From Phoronis australis (lineage: Eukaryota; Animalia; Phoronida), in NCBI GenBank assembly GCA_002633005.1, contig NMRA01001059.1, positions 1-62,222 on the forward strand: 62,222 nt of DNA. The letters are read 5' to 3'. A program made the position numbers and the translations under genes. Below, piece by piece: positions 24,501-39,500 of this stretch (positions are counted from its first letter, which is position 1; the number at the start of each line of letters is the position of its first letter). The notes beneath the pieces are model-generated. The model made no database searches and was not told the origin of the DNA. It saw nothing but the letters and a program-made list of their open reading frames with translations.

Positions 24501-27500
24501 GGTTTCCATTTCAATTCAAAGATGACGGTGTAACCTTAGACGTTATAATCCAACCGGACATGCAAGACCCTGACGATTCTGGCGATGGCAGGGGTGCTGA
24601 GACAGACAACACTGACGACACCTATGGGAATATAGGACAGGTGTCAGGACGCCGGAAAACAACAGAATTTCTGGACTATGTCAATGATATGAACAAACGT
24701 GGCAGAAATGCTTACAGGGAGGAGTACAGTGTATGTTAGATTAGTTTTTGTTTCTATTACGCTTAAACATGAGGTGTTTTTATTGGTTTCAACTAGCGTT
24801 AGGTAAAATCATTAAGCATTACAGACTTTAACCCTTATCCTGCGCTAGGCGAGGTCAGCCGACATGCCAATTATCCTATTAAAATGCGTTGGGTGTACTC
24901 AATCGACTATAATAAGTTACAGCTGGGCTGCGCTAGGAGAGTGCACTCACCCCAGGACACTTGTGATTTTCATTCAGAAATTGTAAGAGCCCTGGAATGT
25001 TGTTTAGATATGTGACCATGAGCATTCCATACTTCACAGTTTCCTCTACTGTTCTCCAATTTAAACCATATGGCTGTGATTACTAGTTTGGGAGATATTG
25101 GCAGGTTTATGTAAGTGTAGACACATAGTTTCATTATATGGCTGGAGCCATACCGGAGAGGATGACAGTGGATCAGTTTACTTTCACCAAGACTATGATA
25201 AAAATTTATATATGGTGAAATTCTCCATTAAATTCTGCACAAGTTTTGTATTGACTTCTTTTCTGTTAATTTAATATTTCCCCTTCAAATTTCCAATTTA
25301 AAATTGTTAGGTCATTAGTCTGGGTGACCTCCATAACAGCTTAGTGCACAGCAGTAGTGGTGACCTACTTAGCTCAGCACACAGAGAAAGTAGTCTGAAT
25401 AGAGGCTCAGCAGGATAAGGGTTAAACTTGACACAAGCTGTGCTTATCACTGTAAGTGGGACAACAAAAATGTCTGAACTACTTTGTATGTGTATCTTTG
25501 CCTGTGCTGCTCTGCTGCTGTTCATTTTATTATGCGCCCACATATTTATATGTGGACGCATTATGCCATCATCTCCGTCCGTCTGTCCGTCCGTCCGTCC
25601 GTCCGTACGGGCGGCGTCCGGCGTCCGCTGCTCTATCTCCAAAACCTTTGACATACGTTCATGAAATTTGGCACATATGCTCCATTCATGAATGGGACGG
25701 CATGTGCGAACTTTTGGACGGATCCGACTACCGGTGTGCCCCCTAGTGGCAATTTTAGTTTTTTTCGCTTACCTTTGTATCTTCAAAAGTCCTGAACAGA
25801 TTTTCATGAAATTTAGTATGTAGGCACCTATTAGTGAGATGACGCTATCCTGCCGTTTTCAGATGGATTCGACATAGTTTGCGCCACCTAGTGGCCATTT
25901 TTAGTGTTTTCGAGTCTGTTTTTGTGCGTCCACCCCTCTATCAACCAAACCGCTCAAAGGATGATTGTGAAAATTGGCATGTGTATGCATACTATGTAGA
26001 GGACGGTTGACGATGATTTTCCGACGATTTTGACGACTGTGGCGCCTCCTAGTGNCGACCTAGTTTGCGACACGCAGTAGCCATTTTTACTGTTTTTTAG
26101 TCTGTTTTTTGGTGTCCACCCCTCTATCAACCAAACCACTCTAAGTATGATTGTGAAAATTGGGCATGTATGTTCTTACTATGAAGAGGACGGTTGACGC
26201 TGAATTTCCCATGACTTTGATTACTGTGGCGCCTCCTAGTGGCAGTTTTTTTTTTGCGCCCATGGCTGTATCTCCCAAACCGTTTGCAGGATCTTTACTA
26301 AAGTTATGGTGGTAAATTTGTTTTTAATTCTATGTTTTTGTGGTGCTTTAAGCAACTGATGTATAGGATGTGCTTGTATTATGATGATCACTCACATTTT
26401 GCCCCTAGCCTATTGAGGAGACAATGACCATGCCTTTCCATTTTGCAAAGTACAACGTACTACATATATGCCCCCTACTGGCCACTTTATGGTACCAATA
26501 AACAACCCTAGAAGTATACCGTATACGGTGCAATTGTGGGCGCATTTCAACGCTCTGCGTTGTTCTTGTCTTGCAACTCAGTTGACATTACAGAAACCAG
26601 ATTTGGTTTCAACTCCAAATTGAGGTTAAATCCAGACATCAATTTGTTCCATTGTTGAGCGTTTCCACACTATTATTTTGACAGACATCATGACACGCAG
26701 GCCATTAACCTACCACTGAAACCACGTGAAACTATTTTCAACAAAGGGTACTAGAGAACCGAAACCGCACAGATCTATTTTGACATTTTTGTCAGTTGTG
26801 TTTCTTTGGATAAAAATTACCCTAAACTAAATTTTTACAATGAGGAATTCAATTTCCGAGGTCAAACAGTCAAAAATCACCAGTTTTAATCCAAGATATA
26901 TCAACTTATTTGAGCCAGCGTTTTGTTGCCTTGAAGTCATTGTTGCTGTGATAATTCCTCTACTCCAGACAAAAGGAACTTAGATAAGCGTTTCTGATAA
27001 GCAGGATTTTTGATGACACTGATACTTATAGATTTCTACTGACAGAGTACATGCAGCCTTTAAACAGGCTGAGTGTGTAATGCTTTGTTATTGTGTAAAG
27101 TTTAACGACATTTAAATGAAGATGATCTCTACAACATTTTGTTTGATTTTGATATAAACTGCACCAATTACTACCAACAACCAACGCCATCTTCAGAACA
27201 AGAACCTTGCACCTTGAAGAATGCCCTGAGCCTGCTAATGCATGTCAGTGTTTGAAAAGCTCTTTGAATCCCTCACTACATGATATCTTCAGTGTTTCTG
27301 ATATTGATGGAAAATGTATTTGGTTTAAAAGACCAAACGATGTGTTTGAGGCTTGATTCTTGGTTCCTGTAGTAATGATGTTTGGTTCACGTTCAACAAT
27401 TTTTGCTTTATATTTCAGAATTTGCAAAGCGACCTAGTTCAACCGCACAAACATGGTGTCAAACAAGAAAATAAGAAAAAGAATCGTTATGGTAATATCA

Positions 27501-30500
27501 TCCCTTATGACAAGTCACGCGTTGTCTTGGAAATGCTTCCCAATAACCCACATTCTGACTACGTCAATGCTACCCATATTGTGGTGAGTTTGCTTGCCCA
27601 TGACATGTAGTACCACTCCACTTTGAGTATTGACATGGTTGACCTTGTGAGGTCATAAATAACTGATCTGCCAACAAGAATGGCCCTCTTGCTTTGCTTT
27701 AGTGTATACACCATGAATAATTCACTGACAAAAAACGCACATTTCTAAAGATATGCAGGAATTTTCCCCCCTGATTCTTCACCTGTCCTCTGAACCGCTT
27801 TAACCAGGATCATAGAGTGTGCGGCGCCAGAGTCGAACACAGTTGTGATGACCACATTTTCTGGTGTGAGCGAAACTCAATTAACCTGTCATAAACTGTA
27901 GTAAACTTCCCCATTTGTATATACTAGCAAATTTTCAACAAAATGCATAAACCAATAATTTTCATTAAAATTTAACATTACGGTGGTTTTCAGCTGTAAA
28001 AATCAACACAGTATGGTTTTCAAATTTTAGAAATCAATGAACAAATAAGCTAAAAATTACAAATTTTGGTTACGGATTGAAGAGAAATGACTGTGTGTAT
28101 TAAAATACTCGGAGGATCGACAAATGTTGATCATAATCAACAATATCACATAGTTTATTATTTTAGTATACAACTATAGTAATTAAAAATACATTTACAA
28201 CAACACACTGTGACCAAATTTGATGTCAATAGCTTTTAAGACAACACTCATTGCCCAGTCATGTTGAACTGTTTGATTTGAGGAGTAACATGCTACTGGA
28301 AAACTGCTGTTTGCGAGAATGTGCAAAATAGTGATGAAACACATGTTGTAAAGACTAAGGCTAGCTTCTAAGTTTTACTGACGATCAAAATTTGCCACTT
28401 GAAGCACAAATTGAAATCAAGAGATAGGTACATGGCAAGAAATAAAATGAAGTAGGGTGAGGTATTATAAAAAATAAAATGACGAGTGTATGAAACATGT
28501 TTAAAACCAATGATTGTTTGGGAAGTGCCCCTTTGTCAAGATGAACCCAAGTTGCCATATTTAGTCATTTTGCAATATTTAAAATGTACAAATTCGGAAC
28601 TGTACTTTCACATTTCAGGCTGTAACTTTGTGCAAATACCAAAGAATAACAGTTTCTTATGGTCTCACTGTAATGAAGATAGTGCTAGCGATTACCTTTC
28701 TGTTTCTTTAGTTCAGTACAAAGGGTTTGGTGAATAGTGTTATAAAAGGTGTTTGAGGGCAAAGGGAATCTTAGTGGTGACCATTTTAAGCAAGAAATTC
28801 TTCACATTTGAACTTTCTCTACTGTGTGTGCTGTAATTACACCCAAAATATTGCACGTTTTGCATACAGGCGTATGGAGCTATTCTTCATTAACTGATAC
28901 AGGCAGAGTTCCTTGTGCATAGCCATGTACATAGCCATGTACGTAGCCATGTACGTAGCCATGTACATAACCATGCACTGTCTAAATTGACTGTTCTTTG
29001 TGTGTTAACTTTGTTGTTCAGTCTTTGTACATATCTTGTGAATTGTGTATTAAATAGACAACAGGTCAACATCAACACTTTTTCACGAATACATCGACTT
29101 TTATTGGTATGCTGCTTGGATATCACTCATCTCACACAGGGTGCATGTGCTTTATTCTGGACATTGCAGCTTCACATATAAGTACATGGGCTTAGATACA
29201 ACCAGATACATATTGTGTAGGTATAAAGGATATTCTGTAATAATCTTGAAGAATGTGATGGTGTCTTCAGAAATATCCTGTCATTAAGCAAAGTTTCGGC
29301 CAAAGTCTTCTGGGCATTAATCTGTTTAAGTGGCAAATCTTGTCTGTGTTCAACCAGCAAACTGATATTTCATTATTCCTGCGACCATGGTTGGCACATT
29401 AAAAGACAAGCTATGACAAGTCTTCTTGTTGAGCTTGGTCTCCAGCAGTAATCAACTGACTGTCCTTTTGAAGCCTTGAAACCACATTCAACGTGCAGAT
29501 GAGAAAATTGTATGAAAACCCTCGAGTCGTTTAACTATGAAGGAGTTGTAAAAACAAAATTTTTTTGATTTTATAATCTTCATGCATGTTTCATTATATG
29601 AGAAAAAAATTCAATATCATTGTAAACTGCATGAGTAACATCTCAGTAAATTTTCATCCAATTCTGAGATGGTGACCTGACACCCTCTGGGTGATTTCAT
29701 GTGGATGTTGTTCTAAATACTTCAATCAAAAGGATCTTCGTTTCGTTGAACAATCAATTGCCACTTCTATTCTTGTTTATGTTTAAGTTTAAAGTTGTAC
29801 TGTAAACAGTGAGTAGACAGAAACAGTACCAATGCCGAGACTTTGCAAAATGACATAAGGAACTGTGGACTCGTTTAAATTGGTAGATAATTTAGGGCGG
29901 TCGAGCAAAATAGTCAGTCCATACCTAACCTTTCGCATTGCGCTTATGTTATCGGTCAACGCTCATTAGTTTGATCTTTTCAAGCATATTATCTTTAGTG
30001 CTGTACTAAATTTAGAGTGGTATCAATCACTGTACGCACTAGGTCTAAAATTCTTGTTGTTGAGAAAAAGTCGTACTAAATCTGTAATGCGAAAAACCCT
30101 TAAGGAACAGCTAGTGGTCAAAATCAAAATCAGTTGTTATAACTAAAACAGAAGCTCACCAACTTTTAACAAAACATGTGACGCCAACAAAATTTTATTT
30201 TCGGGTTATTACGTTGAACATGATGAGGACCAAATTTAATCTTTCACCATTTCAAGTTGTGTTTTGAAGCCCTTTAACGTGGGCGGCGCACCATAGGGGG
30301 CTTTTTTCAGTGCTACGCCACACATGGTCTATAGGCGGTGCACCACCAGGGGGGTTTAAGGGGGCTTTAGCACTTTTTTCAGTGCTGCGCCGCCCATATT
30401 TAAAAGGTGAAAAGTGTGTACTGTTGACAATTGCTTTTGTACAAAATTGGTGATGTATGATAACCTGTTGTGGCCCAGTTAATGTAGCCTGAGTTTTGAC

Positions 30501-33500
30501 TAAAGATGAACTGTTAATAGGGTTGTACCACATATTCCTAGAATGTTCATATCTCACTACTCCCAGGAGGTTTTGTTGTTACTACAGTAAATAAGTAAAT
30601 CTACCGTGTCGAATTGTGTTGGAATGTTGTTCTGTTAGTTGTGTTGTCAGTGTTTCACTTTATGTTAACTCGCTGTTTTTGTATCTTTGCAGGATTTTAA
30701 CAATGTCGCGAGTTATATCGCTTCTCAAGGTATTTCATTTATTAAACTTTGCCATCATATCCATACTGGTTCAATATTCAAGTTTATTAATACACAGTAC
30801 TTTGAAGTAAAATTTGTGTCAGTTTTTGCAACAGAGATCTTAGACTTGTATTGTTACATACCTGGTTCTCATTGCTGTCATTGCAGAATGATTATCAATA
30901 TTTTGATCATAGTTTACCCAATGAACGTAGCAAAAATTTCAGTGTGTACAGAAGGTACAGTTTTGACTGTTCCTTTCCCTTAAATATTACTTAGTGTTTA
31001 TTGTTTATTTTTACTCGTTTTACATATTGACTTCATAGGATCCTAATTAGTGGTGAGCTATTTACTTTGAATTTTACTGCCTTCAATAGATTGATAATTT
31101 ATGTGTTTGAGATGAAATGTGACAAGGGTTGGTTTTTGCCATTTCTAGGCCCCAATTCTTATACTGTGGATGACTTTATGCGTATGGTTTGGGAGACAAG
31201 AACCAACAGAATTGTGATGTTGACTAATCTGGTGGAGAGTGGAAAGGTTTGTCCAATGTTTGTTATTTTCAGTGTGTTTCACTTTAATTGTCTACATTTT
31301 TCACTACTGCTTAAGCCCTGCTATCCAGTGATTTAAATAAAATAATATTCCCTATATGTATTCCTACAGTTTTATTAAACAAAGCTATTTGAGGTGACAT
31401 TTTTCCACTTACCACTTGAAACTCAGCTTATAAACTTGACAACTCAACCACGGCAAAAAGTACTAAATGAGTGTGAACATAGTGCTATCAGTTTTGCCAT
31501 TGCAAGTGGGCTTCATATGAATTACAAGTCATCTGCTTGTCAACAGGAAAACATTGATGTAAAGAGATTTTCGAGATGATTTTCTATGTTTAGGTTGCAT
31601 GTGACATGTAAATGCACTCCAAAGTGATATAATATGAATTATTCAATGAATGAAAATAATGATTTGGTTACTTACAAGTTGCTTAATGTCTCAGTATGCT
31701 CTTGGTTCCCCCTTTTTGCTACAGGGGGTCTTAAGTGGCTACTTATGTCGCTAAGTGGTCAGGCAAGTGGCTGTTTCGACTAGTTCACCTATAGTAAAAG
31801 ATTTACATGTATCTAACCTACAGCGCAAATGTGAAAAGTACTGGCCAAATTTGGGGACGACCAAAGCTCACGGCGACATTAGTGTGACTCTCATACAGGA
31901 AGATGTGTTACCTGAGTACACGATCAGGACCTTGTCTTTCACTGTAAGTTATTTTTGCTTGACATTTTCAAGATGACAGAAATTATCTCCCAAGATCAGT
32001 AATTATCTCCCTTGGTACTTTATTTACCATAAGAGGTGTGTTACAGCAGCTGCTGTTATCGTATTGTTTTTCGAAAGACAATAACAATGTCAAGTCAGTT
32101 TCTGTTGGGAAATGAGTTCCAGTGTAATCTCTTCAGCTTGTCAAAGACATGGCATCCTTCTGGGTCTGGAATGATTTTAAATATTGAGTAAATATTTCAT
32201 TTGTGAAAAATGGGTGAAGGTTGATAATAACCATACTCAAATCAGTGTGTTTGATGTGCAATGTCTGCTACATGTGTTTTACTTGGAAAGGAATGGGTAA
32301 TTTTTTTAGAATGTTCTTGTATATTTTGCAGAAATTTGACGAGCTAAGACAAGTTAAGCAATTTCATTTCACTGTATGGCCAGATCATGGTGTTCCTAAG
32401 GTAGCTACGTCTCTACTCAACTTCAGACGTAAAGTGCACTTGCAGGATGGCACAAGTGAAGGACCAGTTGTTGTGCACTGCAGGTAAGTTGTAGAGAAAA
32501 CACACCTTTATTTTCAATAACACTGGAAATAAATGTGCAACTTAAGTATGATTTTTCTGGTAGATCTTCTCTATCTTCTCTTGCCATATATTTACATTCA
32601 ATTTGGTTTTAATGTGCATGTCATACAGTTTTTAACCACTACAAGACCTGACATTGGCAATACCTGTTCATTTGACTATATGCTGCCAGTGGAATGTTAA
32701 CAAAAGAACGTCAGTCAAAGNNNNNNNNNNNNNNNNNNNNNNNNNNNNNNNNNNNNNNNNNNNNNNNNNNNNNNNNNNNNNNNNNNNNNNNNNNNNNNNN
32801 NNNNNNNNNNNNNNNNNNNNNNNNNNNNNNNNNNNNNNNNNNNNNNNNNNNNNNNNNNNNNNNNNNNNNNNNNNNNNNNNNNNNNNNNNNNNNNNNNNNN
32901 NNNNNNNNNNNNNNNNNNNNNNNNNNNNNNNNNNNNNNNNNNNNNNNNNNNNNNNNNNNNNNNNNNNNNNNNNNNNNNNNNNNNNNNNNNNNNNNNNNNN
33001 NNNNNNNNNNNNNNNNNNNNNNNNNNNNNNNNNNNNNNNNNNNNNNNNNNNNNNNNNNNNNNNNNNNNNNNNNNNNNNNNNNNNNNNNNNNNNNNNNNNN
33101 NNNNNNNNNNNNNNNNNNNNNNNNNNNNNNNNNNNNNNNNNNNNNNNNNNNNNNNNNNNNNNNNNNNNNNNNNNNNNNNNNNNNNNNNNNNNNNNNNNNN
33201 NNNNNNNNNNNNNNNNNNNNNNNNNNNNNNNNNNNNNNNNNNNNNNNNNNNNNNNNNNNNNNNNNNNNNNNNNNNNNNNNNNNNNNNNNNNNNNNNNNNN
33301 NNNNNNNNNNNNNNNNNNNNNNNNNNNNNNNNNNNNNNNNNNNNNNNNNNNNNNNNNNNNNNNTATATTTTGCAGAAATTTGACGAGCTAAGACAAGTTA
33401 AGCAATTTCATTTCACTGTATGGCCAGATCATGGTGTTCCTAAGGTAGCTACGTCTCTACTCAACTTCAGACGTAAAGTGCACTTGCAGGATGGCACAAG

Positions 33501-36500
33501 TGAAGGACCAGTTGTTGTGCACTGCAGGTAAGTTGTAGAGAAAATACACCTTTGTTTTCAATAACACTGGAAATAAATGTGCAACTTAAGTATGATTTTT
33601 TTGGTAGATCTTCTCTATCTTCTCTTGCCATATATTTACATTCAATTTGGTTTTAATGTGCATGTCATACAGTTTTTAACCACTACAAGACCTGACATTG
33701 GCAATACCTGTTCATTTGACTATATGCTGCCAGTGGAATGTTAACAAAAGAACGTCAGTCAAAGTAAATACAATAGTCTGGGAGGTTGTAAAATGGCCAG
33801 CAGTACTTCTGATCACTAAAATATGAATATCGCCGTAGTAATATGCTTGTCTGGAAGTGAGTACCTTCAATAGATAAAATGTATTGTACACCCACAATGC
33901 TTCACTTCAGTCAAGTACTCTTTTCCAACCTGGTAACAACTTTTATACATCATATTTATAATACATATATTTTGGGTTCTTATTCTAGTTTGTATTTACA
34001 TAGCTATTTTTTGTGACACACTTATGTCCCGTAACATGACCGACCTGTGACAGGTGTAAATTCACCATCGCTTGAAGGAATTGGTTTCCTGAATATGAAC
34101 ACAATAATAACCCATGGAATTCAGTGGTCTACCATGGGGTGCCTGCAGTCATGTTGATAATCCCTTGCGATTCTCCAACAACATCGCGAATTATGTGCCT
34201 GTTCAGGGCAGCCAGTAAAAGTACTTATCTGTAACAAATGTTATAGTCTCTGTAATCAGATTACTTGCAAAAAATTAAGTATCGTAGGAATTTTAAATTT
34301 TCTTGTGAGGTTAGGAAATGGAGGTTTTGTAAATGTAAATTTGGGTGTCATCAGAGGGTAAGAATCATGATCTGTCGAATTTTATGATTCTTTAATTAGC
34401 TAGTGTCCTATTTTGAGGGGGTAATTGAATATTCGTACTTAGTGTTTCAGGTTTGATAGGATATTGGCACAAAAGTTCATGAACTTCAGATTCGCATTGT
34501 TAATATCCTTACTGTTGTTTGAGATGCTCTCACAAAATTTTGGATGAATACTGAAAATGCATGACTTGTCTTGGTTTTCACTTCTTTCCTGCTTTAGAAT
34601 ATATTTCAGAATAACGTCACCACTGGTTTTTGTAGAGAATATTAGTCAACTAAGACACTTGTAACTTGGTTACTCATACACAATAAAACCTTGCTGTTCC
34701 AGTTTACATGCAGTTTGTCAACTGGTCAGACATCTTTTAGCTGCCCCCACTCCAGTTCATTTACCTTTTGTACTGTGCTATGTAGTGAACCTCTTGGCTA
34801 CTTACTTGTCTCCATTTTGTGTCCCTATTCTATAATGTCTTGCAGTGCTGGAGTTGGTAGGACGGGGACGTACATTGCATTGGACTTGTTGCTGGTACAA
34901 CACAGGGCTGATGATATGGTTGACGTGTTTGGCTGTGTAGAATTCTTACGGAATCAACGGGTCAATATGGTCCAAACGCCGGTAACGGCCTTGATGGTTC
35001 CTTTGCATAACTTTCAATTGTCACCAGACGTATCATATGCAATTTAAAGTGTTAGAATTAGAAATATGAAGGTTTGACACAATGTCTGCCAATTTGTGTT
35101 GGGGCGGGTTATTTGCTAAAAGTCAATTGTGTATGTAAACTTGTTTTGAAACGAATGTGACAGTTAACTCCATGTGAGATTAACCAAAAAATTAGTAGTC
35201 TTGACTCCCTTGGTTGTTGATGCAAACATCGTTCTTGTAAGGTACTGACTCGTTGTGCTAAAAACTTTGTTCAAGTAAAAAATCTGCACTGCTCTGTGAG
35301 TACTAAACGTTACTAGAAATTCAACTCAAAAATTGACCAATTACCTTTCATGAAATTTAAAAGCTTACTCAAAGTTTGTCATACAATTTATCAGGGTATT
35401 GTTAAAAACATTTAGTTATTTTGTGTTCGTAATGAAGAGGGTTAATTTTTACCAGAGAAGAACACTTGCGGAAGACCTTACACATTATTGGCTCTGTCAA
35501 CCCTTCAAAGTTGGGTCAAGCATAAGTATCCTTCATTGTTAAAGGTTTGTATTCAGAGGTGTGAGTCTATTGTCCTGTGTAAAGTTCACCTTAAATGTGA
35601 CTTTTGTAGAGTCAGTACCACTTCCTGCATAATGCTGTGGCAGAGGCCATTAGATGTGGTGAGACTGCAATAGAGTGTGCAAGTGCCTCTACTACCATAC
35701 CTGCATTAATGACTAAGAATCAACAGACAGGCAAGAGTACACTGGACTTACAGTTTGAGGTGAGACGAGAGATGTGATGGAAGGTGTAATGAAATACTGT
35801 GTGCCAAAGCGCATGCCCTTTTATCACGTGTCTTCATTACGTGGATGCATTATGCCGTCATCTCCGTCCGTCCGGCATCCAGCATCCGGCGTCCGTCCGG
35901 TGTTCGTTGCTCTATCTCCAAAACCCTGTCACGTATGTCCATGTAATTTTGCACATGTGCTCCTTTCATAGATGCAACGGCATGAGCAAACTTTCGGTCA
36001 GGTCCGACTACCGGTGTGCCCCCTAGTGGCAATTTCAATTTTTTATGTTTACCTCTGTTTCTTCAAATGTCCTCAACATATCTTCATAAAATAAGGCATA
36101 TAGGGATCTATTAGTGAGATGACACTATCTTCTTGTTTTTGGATGGATTTGACGTATGTTGCGCCACCTAGTGGCCATTTTTACTGTTTTCGAGTCTGTT
36201 TTTGGCGTCCACCCCGTTATCAACCAAACTGCTTTAAGTATGATTGTGAAAATTGGCATGTATGTTCTTACTATGAAGAGGATGACTCATGATGATTTTC
36301 CGACGACTTCGAATACAGTGGCGCATCCTAGTGGCAATTTGTTTTTTTTTGCACTCATGGCTGTATCTCCTAAATGTAGTTATATGATGTTGAAAATGAA
36401 CGATGATCACTTTCGGATGGATCTGCCTGTATCTTTAAGGTCCTCAACGATTTTCATAAAATTTGGAATATGAGAATCTATTGGTGAGATGAAGCTATCC

Positions 36501-39500
36501 TCCTATTTTCGGATGAAATCGAGGTATTTTGCACCACTTAGTGGCTATTTTTGAGTGTTTTTTGGCATCCACCCCTCTGTCAACCATACCATTCAAAGGA
36601 TGATTGTGAACATTGGCTTTCTCAGTGTGAAAAGGACAGTTGATGATGACAACTTCGACTACTGTGGCGCCTCCTAGTGGTAGTTTTGTTTTGCGCCCAT
36701 AGCTTAGCTGTATCTCCTAAACCCCCTGCAGTATCTTTATTAAATATAGTAAGTGTATTTATATGAAGCTAACAGCAGACGACGTCTTTCAGGCGGAGCC
36801 AAAGAATGCTGTGCCCCCTAGTGGCAATTTTATTTTTCCCGTTTTCCTTTGTTTCTCTGAAGTTCCTTGAATAGATTTTTATTAAAGATTCGGTGGTATG
36901 TTCCCATTTTCGCTTGGATTGAACGTTTTTGCTCCATCTAGTAGTCATTTTATATTACAAATAATTCTAGGAGCACCCCGTTTTCAGTGTATTTGTGTGC
37001 ACATTTCAACGTTCCGCATTGGTCTTGTAATACTATAAGTTGTCCAGCTCCAGTATGACTTGCCTAGTTATACCGTGCAGCCAGCTGCTGTTATACTGTG
37101 TGCACTCATGTAGCGGATGGACTTGTGTAAGCCTGGAGTAATGTGTATTCGAGTTTGTTGGCTAAACCTGTTATTTTGATTGCTATCTAGCAACATGCTG
37201 AATTATGACACTATTGTTCCCATCAAAATGAAAAGAAGACCTTTTGAATCCTGGTATAGCTGCTGCCAGCCCCCTGTTAACCTGAAACTGGTAAGGGTTG
37301 AGTAAAAAATCGTACGTCATTTTTGCTCATCTCATTTTCATTTTTGAAAAAGTGAGCATCTAAAAAATATGGCACCACAAACTCAGTTTTTTGAAAAACC
37401 ATAGACCAGAACCAATTGTGTTTTTGGCCTTGTCGTGAGTACTTAAAGCAGGGAATAAAAATATTGAATATTGTTCTACATGATCAATTGAATGCTGATT
37501 TGGTTGTAAAGCATGATTTAGTCAAAGAGTTGCACTTTCAGTTCAACTGTGAAAACTTTGTGGATACTTGCAGTTACTTCAAAAAGTGCGCACACTAGAG
37601 GTCTCTGAAGCTGATCACCATGATCCTGATGACCCAATTATAATAGCTGGTCTCATGGACGACAACGTTGACAAGAATAGGGACAAATCTATTTATCCAA
37701 GTAAGTGTTCCTGTCCTTCAATGCAGAAAGTCAACAACTGTGCTTGCACACGAGGTTCACCATTGCCATATTCATGCAGTNTGAGGCATGTTTCTCCAAG
37801 AGTATTGACTTTTGTCTTTAGATAAAGCTCTTAGTCTATACATGGCATGACAGGTTTGTGAAAATCAGGCTAAGGGCTGGAAATCAGAAAATCTGTCTAC
37901 ATTCTGAAGACAAGAGAACGAAATCTGTAGTTTTCTTGAACACGCAGAAAACAAAATGTTTTGAGGAGTGCAAAAGACAAAACATTGACTTTTGGTTATT
38001 CATAGCCGGATTTCTGACTTTTGACAAAAGCCAGAAGACAAAAGCCAGCAGGTTGTTAGAGAAACGGGCTCCATAGTGTGATTTTGTTTGAGAAACAGTC
38101 TCCATAGTGTGATTTTGTTATTCTTCAGCTAATGCTAACCGGCCAATTTTGATGACACCAATGAAAGACAGAGGGGACTATATCAATGCTACATTTGTCG
38201 GAGTAAGTATCTTTTGAAGTTTTATTGGGTTTTGTATCTTCTGTTATCTTTTGCACTTCATATAATTAGACATGTTTTAACATATTAAAATATGTGGATT
38301 CATATTACAGCCATCTCTGCTGGTGTCCAGGCATCCGCTGCTGTGTCTCCTGATCTGTTGCAAGATCTTCAAGAGAGTTTGCAGATGTGTTGTATTTTAT
38401 CTGCTTCAGTAGCTACTAAGCTTCTTGGTGTGTCTTTGTAAAATTTGATACATTTCTTCCCACTGAGGGTAGCGTGGTCGACATTGCCTTTCGAAAAATC
38501 CCCCAGTGGCAATTTTTTTTTGTTGTTGCCAGTTCGTTGATAGACCTTCATGAATTTGTTTTATGTGGTCCAGTTAAGAAGGACGTGGCTGGTGCTGATT
38601 TTTTGGACGAGTCTCACTGCTGTCACATAGTTGCGGAAATTAAGAGTTTCTTTCTGTATGCTTTTTTTCATCCTGTATTTTTGTTTCTGCTTTTGGTGGA
38701 TGCCTCCCTGCCTGCAAATGTGCTTGAAAATAATCTTAAATGATGGCTGTTGTGTACTTATTGAGGAGAACGTAGCTGACATTAATTTTTGGACCATTCT
38801 ATGGTAGCGCCTCCTGGTGGATTGCATGTCTGCTGTTGTATATTGGGTGGTTAAGCAGCGTAAACGCAGTCAGAAGAATTAAGAAATTAAAACGAGCTCA
38901 TTTCTGTTACCGGAAAAAATGCACAACCCACTTTGCTCATGCATACTTTAATTTTCAAATGTAAATATCTGGTTACAGGCAAATCGGATAAATAAACTAA
39001 TAAACTAAATGAGGAATTCTCCCACATTTCAGGAAGGGTTCAGAGGATGAGGAGCCCAGTTAGGTCACTTTCACCTTGCAGTAATACAGGACACCCTAAA
39101 TACATCAGTGTGGTATAACATGCTTCCTTCACATTCAGTCATTGTTCCTTACACTCAACAAAATGTTCAAACATTATGACCACTATATGCTAATCATGAA
39201 CCTTCTGTCGTGTTGATAGTTGGTCCTTCTGACATCTTTATTTTATATGGTTTCCAGGACAACGTTATAATGACACAGATGCCATATCCTGATGACATCG
39301 TTGACTTTTGGAGAATGGTCTACGATCATGACGTTGATGTCATTGTCATGCTGAATGAACTGGACAGACATGATAGTGTAAGACATCTTTCATGTTCATT
39401 TGGAAGCATGGACAGCTGCACAGTTGTGTGTTGTAAATGACAGAAACCATGGTTCTTGTAGAGTGCTGATGTTATTGTATGGGTGCACTGTAGAGTGTTG

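Noticed and set aside
37888-37932. CTACA..CTGAAGA..GAAA..TGTAG hammerhead-like pattern
   Set aside because: No pairing stem II and no stem III.
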